From: Octopus vulgaris
Taxonomy: Eukaryota
Direction: 5' to 3'
Length of the DNA: 64,000 nucleotides
Assembly (NCBI GenBank): GCA_951406725.2
Contig: OX597818.1
Coordinates: 129,456,001 to 129,520,000 of the forward strand
Positions 38,984 through 53,920 of the stretch are shown in pieces. Each line of letters begins with the position of its first letter. Position 1 is the first letter of the stretch. The notes beneath the pieces are model-generated. The model saw only the letters and a list, made by a program, of their open reading frames with translations. It had not been told where the DNA came from and made no database searches. The translations under genes and the position numbers were made by a program.

Positions 38984-39350
38984 AAACAATAACTCTGAGC
39001 ACCTTTTCAAACTCCACCTGTCAAACACCTGTGGACATGTTTACAAAGTCAGAAAACAGCACAGCTCCCATGACTTTCGGAAACATTTTTTTCACGCTAA
39101 GAGTTGCTGAAGCATGGAACAGACTGCCGGCATCAGTTGTTTGTTGTCGGAGCACTGCATCCTTCAAGACTTCCATGCTTCCTGACATTCGCCAACACTA
39201 CACCTGATTTTCTCCCCTCCATACACACGCAAGCATGTACCTGACTCATACAGTTCACTTCCCAGACATTTGTACATATGCTTTATATGCACTTTTGACA
39301 AGTTGTGGTGCACCTGAGCACTGTATACAATAATTTCATTATTATTATTT
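38984..39350 (+). mobile_element. CR1/L2-group LINE 3' end with 3' UTR
   Basis: SEHLFKLHLSNTCGHVYKVRKQHSSHDFRKHF..RVAEAWNRLPASVV, (ATT)n tail. A short second piece lies at 46694-46760. Confidence 0.8.
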
Positions 39351-41054
39351 TTATATAAAAACAGGTGTTAAATGTATAGAAAACCAAATGATATGGGTCA
39401 TAAGATAAACAAATGGTAAGTCAATGCACTAAATATATGACTACCATCACCATCACCATCCCTACCTCTGTTATAATTATCATCATTATATCCAACAATG
39501 CTCATCATAATCATTATCATCATTATTATCTGCACCATCATTACAGGCAGAATTATTACAACATTAAACAAAATACTCAGCTGTATTTCTTCTGGTTTTA
39601 CATTTTGAGTTCAAGTTCCACTGAAGTCGACTTTGTCTTTCATCCTTTTAGGGTCAATAAAATATAGAACCAGTTAAAGACTGGAGTCAATGTAATCGAC
39701 AAGCCCCCATCTTACAAAATGTCAGGTTTTGTTCTTAGAGTAGAAAGTATTATCATCATAACTTTGGACCACATTTTTCAGTTTATCCCTCTGTATTTTT
39801 AGATGGTTGGATGTGATTGAAGGGAAACTTGGCAGATATTTCTAGCAGGTTCAGTGGTAGCATAAAACCATGCTCCTCACTAGATCTGTTGATACTGTGG
39901 CTGGTGGTGTTGATGATCCTCCTCCTTGACATCACCATGAAATCATGACCATTGTCTTCATAATCACCAAAACCACCACCACCACCACTACCACCACCAC
40001 CATCATTATTATCTTCACGACTATCATTATCATCATAACCACCATCAACATTATCACTACCTTCACTGTTATCATTATCATCAACATCAGTGACAGCAAT
40101 AGTATCAATACATTAGTGAGGAGGCGGGCTCTAACTACCATTGAATCTTCTAGAAATAACAGCCAAGTAACCCATTAAATTACCACCGCTGCTGCAGTAC
40201 CAGCAGCAGCAGCAGCCGTTCAAGAATTTGGACCTGGAGATTTCCATTTCCAGCGACTTTGAGGGCCACCTCCCAGTGGTGTCGGGTGTCAATGAAGACG
40301 ACCAAAGTTTTTTTTTCCAAGGTCTGGGGTCTCCCGCCCTTAAGCCCTAGACCATCACCTAATCACCCTTACCCGTCTTGTTGCTTAACAACAACAACAA
40401 CAACAACAGCAGCAGCAGCAGCAAAAAGCAATGAAGAGCATGTGTGCGATCAATTTGACCTGCTAGAAATAGCAACTAAGTTTCCCTAACCTCAATCCTT
40501 ATATACAATGGATTTCCACACAAGTTCCTTCTACCAAATCCTCTTACAAGGTATTGGTAGACCCGGGGCTATATTAGAAGACATTTGCCAAAGGTACAAT
40601 GCAGTGGAACCGAACCAAAAACCATGCAGTTGCAGAGCGAAATTCTTCACAAGACAGCCATGCTGGCATTGTGCAATTAGTGAAATAAAATAACTCATCT
40701 GAGAATGTGAATTGAACCAGTACTGCTGAATTACAAGCTTGCCTGAAGATTAGCAACAAATCTGGACTATATGGATATGATGTGATGTATGTCCGGTGAA
40801 TTATGTAACTACTTTTTGCATAGAAGTGTATATTTGAAATTACAGGTTCTTAATATTCTGTCCAGTTCTAGTTTGCGTCTCAAGTATTAAGAATAGAAAA
40901 AAAAGAGCACATAAACACACATACATCAACACACACACACACACACACACACACAGAGCAGTATTTTCTTAATTTAATCTGTCGATGTCAGCCATTTCTT
41001 TTCTTAAAGAAAAGGGAGAAAACCTATAATTATTGCATTCACTGGAATTTAAAC

Positions 41055-41081
41055 TTATTATTATTATTATAATTATTATTA

Positions 41082-41169
<88 letters not shown>

Positions 41170-41225
41170 CATTATTATTATTATTATTTTTACAATTATT
41201 ATAATCGCAGTTATTATTATTATAA
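41055..41225. repeat. (ATT)n microsatellite
   Basis: Direct inspection. Confidence 0.95.
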
Positions 41226-41371
41226 TTCCTTTTACTGCCATGAATTCCTAATTCACCGTTCTTTACATCCATAAACAGGACATTGTTTGGGAGTTTTATA
41301 CCATTAAATTCTATTTTTACTCAACATACAGACACACAATAGACACATACAGACAGACATACAGACAGAGT

Positions 41372-41442
<71 letters not shown>

Positions 41443-41570
41443 GCATCAGTGATTTGACTACAAATATTGCTATTGAATATAACAAACAATAATTTCAAAA
41501 CTAACTAAATGCTAACTTTCTGCTAATTCTTTGGAGAAAGTCTTTTAGTTTAGAAAGTTGGAGAATATTG

Positions 41571-41935
41571 GTGCAAGCATAGCTGTGTGATTAAGAGGCT
41601 CCCTTTCTACCATATGGTTTTAGGTTCAGTCTTACTGTGTGAAACCTTGGGCAAGCATCTTGATCTATCACGCTGGGTTGACTAATATCTTGTGAGCGAA
41701 CATGGCAAATGGAAACAGTGTGGAATCCCATCATATATGTGTATTTGTTTATCTCTATTGCTTGACAATCAGTATCGCTTTGTTTACATCCATGTAACTT
41801 TGGCAAGAGAGATCAATGGAATAAATTCTAGACTTGAAAATAAGCCCAGGGGTTGATTTCTTTGACTAAAATATCCTTTAAGGCAGTGCTCCAGTTTGGC
41901 CACAGTCCAATGACTAAAACAAGTAAATGATAAAA
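41571..41935 (+). mobile_element. SINE family B, old copy
   Basis: CCTTGGGCAAG core and TGACTAAAACAAGTAAA tail. Confidence 0.75.
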
Positions 41936-41944
41936 GTAGTAGGC

Positions 41945-42410
41945 ATCCATCAGTCTCAATAGATCATGGATCTGTGCCCAAAGGAATCGTGTCAGCTTTT
42001 GATGGTGGTTCAGTGTCTGCTGTGGCTGTGGAGGTCCACATGGGAGTGGTAGTCATGCATTTAGTGACTGCATCTGAAGGAGCTCTCTGTCGGCACTACT
42101 GGTTTTTCTTTCCATTGAGTGTGCTTTTCTCGGGGGGGGGGGGGTCCTCTTTCTCTCCCCCTTGCTTCATCCCCTTATGCAGTATATGTCTCCAGTGTGG
42201 GCGATCATTTGAGATCTCCTCCCATCTCAGAACGTCCAGACCTATTGACTTCACATCCCTCTTACAGACATCTTTGAAATGAAGATGAGATCCTTCTCAT
42301 GCTCTTGTGCCAGAGGCCAATTTCCCATACAAGAGGTCTTTTGGGATCCTTCTGTCCGGCATGCAGAGTACATGATTGAGCCAGTGCAGATGGGGCTACT
42401 GGGGCATGGT
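41945..42410 (-). mobile_element. RTE-clade LINE 3' fragment
   Basis: LHWLNHVLCMPDRRIPKDLLYGKLASG..FKDVCKRDVKSIGLD..WE..SNDRPHWR on the minus strand. Confidence 0.8.
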
Positions 42411-44571
42411 TAAAAAATACTTTAATATCTAAATGTTAAAAAAATACTATAACATTTGTTTCTAACACAGGCACAAGATATGAAATTATATGGGGCGGGG
42501 GTTCAGCTGATTAATATTTGAATTGCACTTTATTTTACCGATCCTGAGATTATGAAAGACATCATTGGGGATCTGAAGCTAGAACATAAAGAGCCAGATC
42601 AAATACCGCAAAGCATTTGTCCAGTGCATGAATGATTCTGTCAATCCACTGCTCTAAGAGAACTTCAGTACTCAGTTATAATGTAAGAGCATGATTGCGG
42701 AATAGGGAACACTAGATTAAATCAACTCAAATATTTGACTGGTACTTTATTTTATCTGTCAATGATATATCAAGGACAAAGTGGAAGCCAGAAGGATTTC
42801 AATTTAAAATGCAAGGAAATATAACTAGACACTGTAAGATATTTTGTCCATCATTCTACCTATTCTAATAGGGAAAATAGTAATACTCTCTATATTGGCT
42901 ACAAGATCTGCAAAAAAACAATTAAGATAATACAAAGACAATTGACAATGGATTTTTATACAAACATATGTAATCAATAAAACAGAGGGAAGTACCACTC
43001 AGGGACAACCAGGGAACCCAACACATTTTGAGTCATCCTACTCAGCAGGAGTACCATGGAAAGTGTTTCCCTTTCTGTGATACTTTTCAACCTACAGGTG
43101 CATGCTTAATGTGGTTCTATTCTCCACTTGGGCAATTTATGCTTTATTCACCCACCTTTTTACAAATTTACTGGACGGCAGCACCTCCCCCTACAGCCTC
43201 ATATCTTCAAGATCTACAAATGCTCATAGAACATGTACTTATCTTTGCTGTTCTTGGTTGGCCTCAAATAGTCCAGCTCTGTGTAGACCTATGATTAAAG
43301 ACATCCTAACAGTGATTCCCACTGTCCTTTCCCTATGTGCTGCGAACCAAAGATTACATTATCCAGTGGACCCTTTTCAAAGACAATAAAGTGTGATTTA
43401 GGGATACTTGGTTGTTAATTCTAGAAGATGACGAGATCACACGGAGAGTCTCCTGGTTTGTTAATTTTGTAGTGAGACATTTTAGGCAGATGAGAGATAA
43501 ACTATTCTGCTTCCAAACTTCCAATGGGATACTCTTAAATTCTGGTCCAGATACATAACCAAAAGAAATGCTGTGGTGAATTTGAACTTATAACCAAAAA
43601 GTTGGGAATCCAATATTTTTATCTTCTTCATCAACTTGTTTTGTAAAAACACATACACACATATGCACACACAAACATGTGCACATACATACATATCAAA
43701 GCATAAAGACACAGCAGTGTATAGACATATGTGTGCACATATGCCCACATATAAGCACAGCAATATAAACACACACACATGTAAATCATGTATGTTCACC
43801 TTATACACATTCACAGATTCAAGCAAATATCCATACAAATATATTCAAATATATAAACACACAGAGGAATGTACAAATTTGCATGTAAACAGACACACAC
43901 ATGCACACACAAACACACACACTGATCAAATCAAATAAATAAACATGAAAAAAAATATATATAGGAGAGAGAGAGAGAGGGGGGGGATCAGAGACAGAGA
44001 GTCAGAGAGAATAAATGCATATATCCATTCTGATAAACATATGTGAAAGCCACACCTGTATAGTGTTAAGAAGAAACCAAAAGAAAAGAAAGCAAAAATG
44101 CTCAATGTGATAAACTAGATTACAATAATAAAGTGAAAATATTGGGCTGCATGCAATACTGATACCATATGACAATAATCATATCAATTTTTCAAACTTT
44201 TCTCCAAAGATATAACTTAGTATTATAATATGCACAAAATGTGTTATGAAAAGGTGCCCAAAGAATGTTAGGTGCTCGCAACTACATATTCAGCTAATCT
44301 TTACTGCACACATGTAAACATGCATTTCTTTGCATGTATAAAATGGAGGTGGGGGTGGGGTGGGGGTCAGCCGGGAAAGTATAATTTGAAGAAAAAAATA
44401 AATAAATAAAACAACTGAAATATAAATTTTAATTTTAAAAAAAAATTTGTTAGTTTTTTTTTTTATTTTTTAAGAATTGACAATTTTTGAGTAAACATCA
44501 CTATTATACCCTTGCAGTATCTATTAAAACAAGTAAACATTTACACACATACACATGTGTGTGTGTGTATG

Positions 44572-44603
<32 letters not shown>

Positions 44604-44710
44604 CATGTGTGTTCTTTATATATATATATATATATATATAAGCATACTCACATGAGTATGTATATACAAAAATGTATTCAATATGAACATGCACATTTGT
44701 ATCAGTGTCC

Positions 44711-44756
<46 letters not shown>

Positions 44757-44932
44757 TGAGTGTGTGTAAGTATGTATGTGTGTGTGTATGTATATATATA
44801 TGTATATATATGTATATGTATATATATATATGTGTATGTGTGTGTGTGTATATATATAGATATGTGTATATATATATATATATGTGTGTGTGTTTATATA
44901 TATATGTATATATATACCTATATATATATATA

Positions 44933-44965
<33 letters not shown>

Positions 44966-44968
44966 GTG

Positions 44969-44999
<31 letters not shown>

Positions 45000-45038
45000 G
45001 TGTGTGTATATATATATATGTGTGTGTATATATATATA

Positions 45039-45133
<95 letters not shown>

Positions 45134-46048
45134 ACACAAGCACATCATTTTCTATTCAATTACCTCCCCTGTTCTGTAACACAACTCAAGCTGCTCATAT
45201 TCTACATAATCACTTTGTAATACTATTAACATAGCTTATACACGGTATAGTCTATGCAATCATTTTCCCTTAACTATAACACAATTCACATGGCAAATGT
45301 CATCCAGAATCATCTCCGAATGCTACAACACAGACGTACGCACAATACACATATTCTACCTAACACCTTCCAATACCACACACAACAGCATATATTCTAT
45401 CACACTGGTTATCAGCTTTTTAGTAATTCTGTGCATCCTTTAATAGAATGGCATTTTACAAACACCCTTCTTCATGTTTTGCAAATCAAACACACACACA
45501 CACAAAAAAAAACGGCAAAAAAAATACTAAAAAAAAAGAGAAAAGAGAAAAAACAAAACAAAACAAATACTAGCAGATTATTATTTTAATTAAACAGAAG
45601 CTAATTTTGTGCCATGTTTTATTACCCATATTTTCTTATTCTATCTCATCCACCATGTACCCCTTTCTTGATATTTGCATGAACTAGTGGCCTCTATGTT
45701 AAATGATTATGGACATCACTATAGAAAACATGAATTTATATGACAAAATTATATTGGACCTTGGCGCATCATCAGTCATGTTTTCTGCTCACTGATGGCA
45801 CAATGGCTGACTCATATTTTAATTCTGACAAAGATTTTATGAAAATGTGTTAAAAATAAAAGTATCGGGTTTGGTTTAAATATTTTATTTCTAAGAAAAA
45901 TCACAACGTTGCTGAACAATCTCCATTGAGCACTTATTTTCCTATTTTCTGTTCCCTTGTGATCATATAATGTCCTCTGGGAGGAGTTTATTCCTGAGGT
46001 TAAGATCCACTGTTTTTTACAATTACTTTCCAATGTTTATAACAAAAA

Positions 46049-46612
46049 TGGTGGAAAGCTGGCAGAAATGTTAGCATGCCAGGCAAAATGCTTACTCTTT
46101 TACTCTTTTACTTGTTTCAGTCATTTGGCTGTGGCCATGCTGGAGCACTGCCTTTAGTCAAGCAAATCGACCCCAGGACTTATTCTATTGGTCTCGTTTG
46201 CTGAACCACTGAGTTACGGGGACGTAAACACACCAGCATCAGTTGTCAAGTGATGTTGGGGGGACAAACACAGACACAAACATACACACACACATATATA
46301 TATATATACATATATATGACGGGCTTCTTTCAGTTTCCATCTATCAAATCCACTCACAAGGCTTTGGTTGGCCTGAGGCTATAGAAGACACTTGCCCAAG
46401 GTGCCATGCAGCGGGACTGATACCAGAACCATGTGGTTCATAAGCAAGCTACTTACAACACTTAGTGACATTTCATCTGTCTTCACTTTCTGAGTTCAAA
46501 TTCTGCCAGGGTAAACTTGGCCTTTCATTCTTTCAGGGTTGATAGAATAAGTACCAGTTGAATACAGGGGTTGATGTAAAAACTGCTGGCCTTGTACCAA
46601 AATTTGAAATTG
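46049..46612 (+). mobile_element. SINE family C interrupted by a minus-strand SINE B (46093-46460)
   Basis: C head ends ..CAAAATGCTTA and resumes CTTAGTGACATTTC after the B copy. Confidence 0.8.
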
Positions 46613-46929
46613 ATATTCATAACAAAAATCTCACACATAGTACATATTCTATGCAATTACCTCTCAGTACAACTTATACAACACATGTTCTTACTAACAA
46701 TAACTCTGAGCACCTTTTCAAACTCCACCTGTCTAACACCCGTGGACATGTTTACAAAGAAGCCACACCTTTCAATTGAGCAAACTCAAAGTTGCCATAC
46801 AAACTCCCCAGCAATTTTAACATAGGTGTGCAAATTTTCAGGTCAATCCGACCACATTTACTAACACTATTGCCTGCACGACTGCTGGTGAGACAACGTC
46901 TGCCCTTTTCACAAATCTATAGTAGATAT

Positions 46930-47235
46930 GTGTGCAATGACAAGTGACCAAGACCTTTCGTAATATGTTGTGCATGGGAAGACTCATCAAGCCAAATGAA
47001 ATCATAGCTGTGACTGTTGCCAGTGTCATGTGAATGGCACCCATGCCAGTGGCACATAAAAAGCAGCCATTACACTCTTGGAGGGGCTGTTGTTAGGAAG
47101 GGCATCCAGCTGCACAAACAATGGTTTCATTTCTTACTAGTTCCAGTCAAACTGTTTAACCCATGCCAGCATGGAAAATGGATGTTAAATGATGATGATG
47201 ATGATATGATGATGATGATATGATGATAATGATGA
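46930..47235 (+). mobile_element. Family D SINE-like element with (GAT)n tail
   Basis: GTTAGGAAGGGCATCCAGC..CCATGCCAGCATGGAAAATGGATGTTAAATGATGAT, the reverse complement of 9470-9665. Confidence 0.7.
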
Positions 47236-47262
47236 TGATAATATATATATACACACACACAC

Positions 47263-47334
<72 letters not shown>

Positions 47335-47563
47335 GGCAGCGAGCTGGTAGAAACGTTAGCACGCTGGGCAAAATTCGTAGCCATATTTTGTCTGTTGTTA
47401 CGTTCCAAGTTCAAATTCCGCCGAGGTCGACTTTGCCTTTCATCCTTTCGGGGTCGATAAATTAAGTACCAGTTACGCACTGGGGTCGATGTAGTCGACT
47501 TAATCCCTTTGTCTGTCCTTGTTTGTCCCCTCTGTGTTTAGCCCCTTGTGGGTAATAAAGAAA
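47335..47563 (+). mobile_element. SINE family C, young full-length copy in (TA)n
   Basis: Head GGCAGCGAGCTGGTAGAAACGTTAGCACG, B box GTTCAAATTCC, CpG-retaining. Confidence 0.9.
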
Positions 47564-47619
47564 TATATATATATATATATATACACATATATACATACAT
47601 ATATATATATTTATATATC

Positions 47620-47927
47620 ACACAATCACGTGACCGACCAGACCATCAGATGTTGCTACACATCGCTGGTCACAATGTGTTCACATTGTTTTTTAGCCTT
47701 TGAACGACACCACCCCGCTGGCTAAGCGAGCAGGCCAACAGAAGAAAGAGTGGGAGAAAGAGTGGTGAAAGAGTACAGCAGGGATCACCCCCGCCCTGCC
47801 GAGGCCTCGTAGAGCCTGTAGGTGCTTTTGCTCAATAAACACACACAACGCCCGGTCTGGGAATCGAAACCATGATCCTACGACTGCGAGTCTGCTGCCC
47901 CAACCACTGGACCATTGCACCTCCACA
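47620..47927 (-). mobile_element. SINE family A, tail type i
   Basis: Reverse complement of 1119-1431. Confidence 0.9.
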
Positions 47928-47977
47928 TATTTATATATATATACATACATATCTATATACACACACACACACATATA

Positions 47978-49239
47978 CAGGGGTTGGACAAAATAATGGA
48001 AACACCTTGCATCATAGCATCATAATTTTGAAATATTTATAAAACCATCAAAAGCTCGTTTATTTTTATGTTTTTGATTTATTATTAGTGTTGCTTAATA
48101 AGTTTTTCTAAAATTGCTGTTTCTTTTCATTAGAGAAAGGTAATTAAAATTCATTAAAATGACAGATCAATCGGACTTTCAAAGAGGTCAAATTGTTGGT
48201 GCTTGTATGGCAGGTGCTAGCATAGGAAAAGCAGCTGAAATGTTTGGTGTATCAAGACATACTGTCTCAAAATTAATGACAGCCGTTGAGAAAGAGGGAA
48301 AAACCTCCTTGTGAAACAAAACTCCGAAAGAAAACCAAAACTTTCAGATAGGGACCGTCAGACTCCTATGTGAATTGTTAGAAAGAATCACAAAATTTCT
48401 CAAAATTACTGCAGAGCTTAATGACCAACATGAGAACACAGTTTCCATAAAAACTGTTCGCCGAGAGCTGTACAAAGCTGGATTTCATGGGAGGGCTGCA
48501 ATCAGAAAACCACTACTTTCAAAAACAAACGTTGCAAAGCATTTAGAGTGGAGTAAAAACCTACAGAATTGGTCCCTAGAGCAGTGGAAGAATGCTATAT
48601 TCTTGGACGAGTCATCCTTTACCTTATTTACGACTACTGTTTGAGTACATGTGTGGAAACAGCCAAAAGAAGCATTTGATGCAGACTGCCTTCTTCCAAC
48701 TGTTAAACATGGAGGAGGATCTGTGATGATCCGGGAGGCTATATCTTGGAAATCCATCGGCTCAATGGTTTCCATTCATGGCAAAATTAATAGTCAATAC
48801 TATTTAAGCATTTTATCTGATCAAATTTATCTTATGGTTGTGAAACTGTTTCCGAAGTGAAATGCAATCTTTCAGGATGATAATACACCAATTCACAAAG
48901 CTAAAGTTGTAACTGAATGGCACAAGGAATATTCTAGTGAAGTTGAACATCTTATGTGGCCACCGCAGTCCCTAGATCTCAATATTATTGAACATTTATG
49001 GTGCATTATAGAAAAACAAGTAAGGAGTTGATCGATATTCTCCAGCATCATCACTACAAGAACTGAAGACTATTTTAGCTGAAGAATGGATAAAAATTCC
49101 TTTGGAAACAATTCAAACTTTGCTTGTGTCCACACCTCATAGGATTCAAGCTGTAAGTACTGCCAAAGACGGTCCTACCCCATATTAAAAAAAATTGTTT
49201 GAAATTTTAAGGTGTTTCCATTATTTTGTCCAACTCCTG
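47978..49239 (+). mobile_element. Full-length (1262 bp) Tc1-like DNA transposon, D-36-E spacing
   Basis: 31-bp TIRs CAGGRGTTGGACAAAATAATGGAAACACCTT (1 mismatch) and TA on both sides. Confidence 0.95.
48159..49188 (+). pseudogene. Tc1-family transposase pseudogene
   Basis: MTDQSDFQRGQIVGA..KPLL..FLDES..TVKHGGGSVMI..FQDDNTPIH..WPPQSLDLNIIEHLW..GPTPY*, with internal stops and frameshifts. Confidence 0.92.
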
Positions 49240-49451
49240 TATATCTCTACCTATATATTTGCAAGCACACTTGTGTACACATATTATGCATTGAGTTACC
49301 TTTTGTTTTATGCTTCTACTACATTTTTGTGTGTGTGTGTGTGTACTCATAAATAGATAAATACACATACATATATACATATACATATATATGTGTGTAT
49401 ATATATACATATATATATATATGTGTATATATATACATATATATATATGTG

Positions 49452-49496
<45 letters not shown>

Positions 49497-49894
49497 ATAT
49501 ATATATTGATGCATGCTTGTATAGAATCACACAACACAGTTACCACAGTTCAAAGTTAAATAAATAAATGAAGAAATAAATATATTAAGAAAGAAAAGAA
49601 AATAATACCGAAAGAATAGACCAAAAAGTATTAATATTTTTTTTTTCAAAGATGTCAAACAGCAGGGGTGAGTGTGTGTGTGTGTGTGGAAGGGTGGGTA
49701 GGTTAGTGCTATAGAAAACATATATAAGAATAATAAAAATAACCCACCCACTAACCATACCCTTCTGCACCTCCCCCACCCCTATGCACACATATACACA
49801 CTATGTTGTCTACTACACTGATGTAGTTCCAGGAATAAACAAGGCAACAGCCTCTCTGCTACAGATGTTGTTTGTTGTTGTTATTGTTACTAAC

Positions 49895-50600
49895 ACTACC
49901 TACCACCACCACCACCAACATCATCATCAATGTCATCATCATCATCATTGTCATAACCTTCACAGCCACCACCACCACCACCTTCTCTATCATCATCATC
50001 TTCTCTCACAATCTCCTCCATATCCCCATCACCACCACCACCACCACCACCACCACCACCACCACCACCACCACCAACATCATCATCAATGTCATCATCA
50101 TCATCATCATCATTGTCATAACCTTCACAGCCACCACCACCACCACCTTCTCTATCATCATCATCTTCTCTCACAATCTCCTCCTTATCACCTCCACCAC
50201 CACCACCACCACCACCACCACCACCATCATCATCCCTATCATCATCATCATCATCATCATCAACATAATCACTACCATCATCACCACCACCACCACCACC
50301 ACCACCACCACCAACACCACCATCCCTATCATCATCATCATGGACATAATCACTACCATCCTCACCGCCACCACCACAACCACCAACACCACCATCTCTA
50401 TCATCATCATCATCAACATAATCACTACCATCACCACCACCACCACTACCACCACCACCACCACCAACACCACCATCCCTATCATCATCATCATGGACAT
50501 AATCACTACCATCCTCACCGCCACTACCACAACCACCAACACCACCATCCCTATCATCATCATCATCACCATCAACATTACCACCACAGCTATCATTAGC
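49895..50600. repeat. (CAC)n/(CAT)n compound tract with internal higher-order duplications
   Basis: CATTGTCATAACCTTCACAGC..CTTCTCTCACAATCTCCTCC occurs twice and CATGGACATAATCACTACCATCCTCACCGC occurs twice. Confidence 0.9.
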
Positions 50601-51054
50601 ATCATCATCGACGATGTTGTCACATGCACAAGTTTTATAATTACATTTATTATTATAATTGTTGCCACTATCATCATCATCACCATCATAATCAACATCA
50701 TACTTATTGCTGATACTATTATTAGATATATTGTTGATGTAGTTGTTGTCATGATTACATTTTTTGACTTAAAAAAATGAATTTTGTTTCATTTTTTTTA
50801 CTCATTTTTTATATTTTTCCCCAAGACAACCACCATAAACAAGTTACTGAGAAAAAATATGAAAACATAAAAACATATATATATGTATATATATATATGT
50901 ATATATATAAACACAGACACAAATATTTATATGCATATATGTGTATAAATATGTATGCACATACATGAACACTTATATAGCATACATACATTAATATATT
51001 TATATATATATATATATATGTATACTCATGCATACATATAGACATACATACATG

Positions 51055-51109
<55 letters not shown>

Positions 51110-51284
51110 TATACATATATACATATATATGCATATATATATACACATATATATATATATATATACACATACATATATATACATATATATACATATATAT
51201 ATATACATACATATATATACATATATATACATATATATATATATACATACATATATATATATACATATATATACATATATATAC

Positions 51285-51323
<39 letters not shown>

Positions 51324-51726
51324 CATACATATATATGCATACATACATACATATATGTAACACAAAAACACTCACTCACACACACATATACACATGTGTG
51401 TACATATGTACATCTCAATGTATTATAATCTATTTGTGCTTGTGTATATGTACGTGTAGCTGTATATACCTCTTTGTTTGCATAGATCCCTCTGCACACA
51501 AAAAGAGTGTGAACAAAAGTTTACTCCTTTTCTTTTCTAAATTAAAAAATAATTTTTTACAAAGGAAAATTACACAAAAAAAGTGTGCAACAAAAAAAAG
51601 ATAAAATAAAAATGAAAGCAGCAATACAAACGCACAAAAATATACATATTTGTGTGTATGTATGTGTATATGTACATATATAAATGTATAAATGTATATC
51701 TGGATATGCCTGTATATGCATGTATA

Positions 51727-51810
<84 letters not shown>

Positions 51811-51822
51811 TATACATATATA

Positions 51823-51888
<66 letters not shown>

Positions 51889-51976
51889 CATATATATACA
51901 TATATATGCATATATATATATATATAAATGTAGATATATATCTTTATATTTATGCATATATATGCATTTGTATATA

Positions 51977-52007
<31 letters not shown>

Positions 52008-52679
52008 CCAGTACATATCCATAAATACATAGACACATACACACACATTTACATATATGTATGCATATATGTATGTATATATCAGCATGTATACATACCT
52101 ATGCATGCAAACACATACACACATATATGTTCATATATATATATATATATAAAATTTGTATGTGTAAATGTATAAATATATATGTTTGTATGTATGTATA
52201 CACGCATACACGTTCACAAATACATATATGATTGTTTGATTCTTTAATGTTCTTCATTTGAAGGTGGGTGTGGGGTGGGGTGATGGGAGAAGGTGAGGAG
52301 ATGTGGGGGGGTGTTGTTTATTTATTTCTTTTATTTCGCTATCTTTCCCCAACTGATCACGCAAAATTAAATCTATGAAGCAGGCAGGTAATTACTTTGT
52401 GTTGAACTCTATGCTAACGATGTTGCCAGGCTATTGTGCTTGTCTTGATCTAGAGAAAGGAGAGACTCCCAATTTGTGGCAATCACATAATGAATGACAC
52501 AATAGCAAGCAAAGAGATAGTGTGATAGATTTCTCTCTTTGGTTAGATGATTTATTTTTGAGCTTGGTATGGTATGGCATGGTATGGTGTGGTATGGCTT
52601 GGCATGTGTGTGTGTGTTTGTGCTTGGTGTTATTGGTGCTGTTGTTGTTTGGTCTAAGTTAGTGTGTGTATGTATGTGC

Positions 52680-52710
<31 letters not shown>

Positions 52711-53023
52711 GGAGAGCGAGGGAGAAGATGGATTAGGGGATTATTGTCAACAGGTCTGTAACAATAAGCTAGACACGCACATATTAGGTGTGTACATATA
52801 TGGATATATATATATAGATATAAATTATGTATACACACACATATTATATTCAAATTATATATATATATATATAGTACATATAATAAATATGTATGTATAT
52901 ATGATATATATGTACACATACATGTATGTGTAATAAATACACACTAACAGACATATACAATGTATAAATATATGTGCGTCTGTGTGTATATATATATACA
53001 TACATGTGTGTATATCCATCTAT

Positions 53024-53203
<180 letters not shown>

Positions 53204-53204
53204 C

Positions 53205-53887
53205 ACAGGTTTGCAGTCCATGGAAGCAAGGGAAGTAATGATTCCCTTAAAAATTATAGAAGCAAAATTGAAACTATATCACTTATATTTCATAAGGTCG
53301 TTCTTCTAATGTTCTGTAAAATTAATATTAAACTACATGACATCATAGGCTTCATACTTTTGTTGTCAGAATTAGTATGAGACAACAAGCAGTGGCTGAC
53401 GACACTAAAAAGACGACAAGGGAAGCAACATGTTCTGTTGCATCCTTTGCGGTGTAATATTTTAACATTTTTTCGGATAAAAATGCCACAGAGACAATTT
53501 TTTTCTAGTAAGAGCTGATAACGAATAGTTTTAGATACTAATAAATACTTATATGCTTAGATTAAGTTTCTATCAATTTCCAAAACCTATGATATATATG
53601 ATCTTTACGTTGTTAAATAACACTTATATAGGAAAAGGGAAGCAAGTTGACATTTTGCGTCCATCAGAAATATAGTGAAAAGATTACACGTGCATAGTTT
53701 TCTGTGTTTATTCAACTAATATTTTAAACTTTTTCAAATTACAGAACATCCTTAATATAAAATGTAATTTTAAAAAAATTTTTAAATAGCTGTATAATAT
53801 GAACATGTCAATTTGATCCAAATATCTATGAGACAGAAAATTTTGGTCATTGCTTCCCCAGTCAGAAAGATCACCACATGCCCCTGA
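53205..53887. mobile_element. Probable old non-autonomous DNA transposon (CAGG...CCTG ends) in (TA)n
   Basis: CAGG/CCTG termini with subterminal GGAAGCAA / TTGCTTCC motifs. Confidence 0.4.
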
Positions 53888-53920
53888 TATATATATATAT
53901 AATCACAAGCAGAGCTGTAT

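Noticed and set aside
40171-40350. GC-rich stop-free stretch QYQQQQQPFKNLDLEISISSDFEGHLPVVSG
   Set aside because: No ATG, no convincing splice sites, no recognisable homology; more likely a repeat fragment.
49784-50780. 271-aa His-rich and 302-aa Thr/Ile-rich ORFs
   Set aside because: Translations of (CAC)n/(CAT)n repeats, open in several frames and on both strands; no signal peptide or Gly-His motifs of cephalopod beak proteins.
29067-52175. Numerous YI/IY/HT/CV-rich ORFs
   Set aside because: Dinucleotide microsatellites lack stop codons; no coding complexity.
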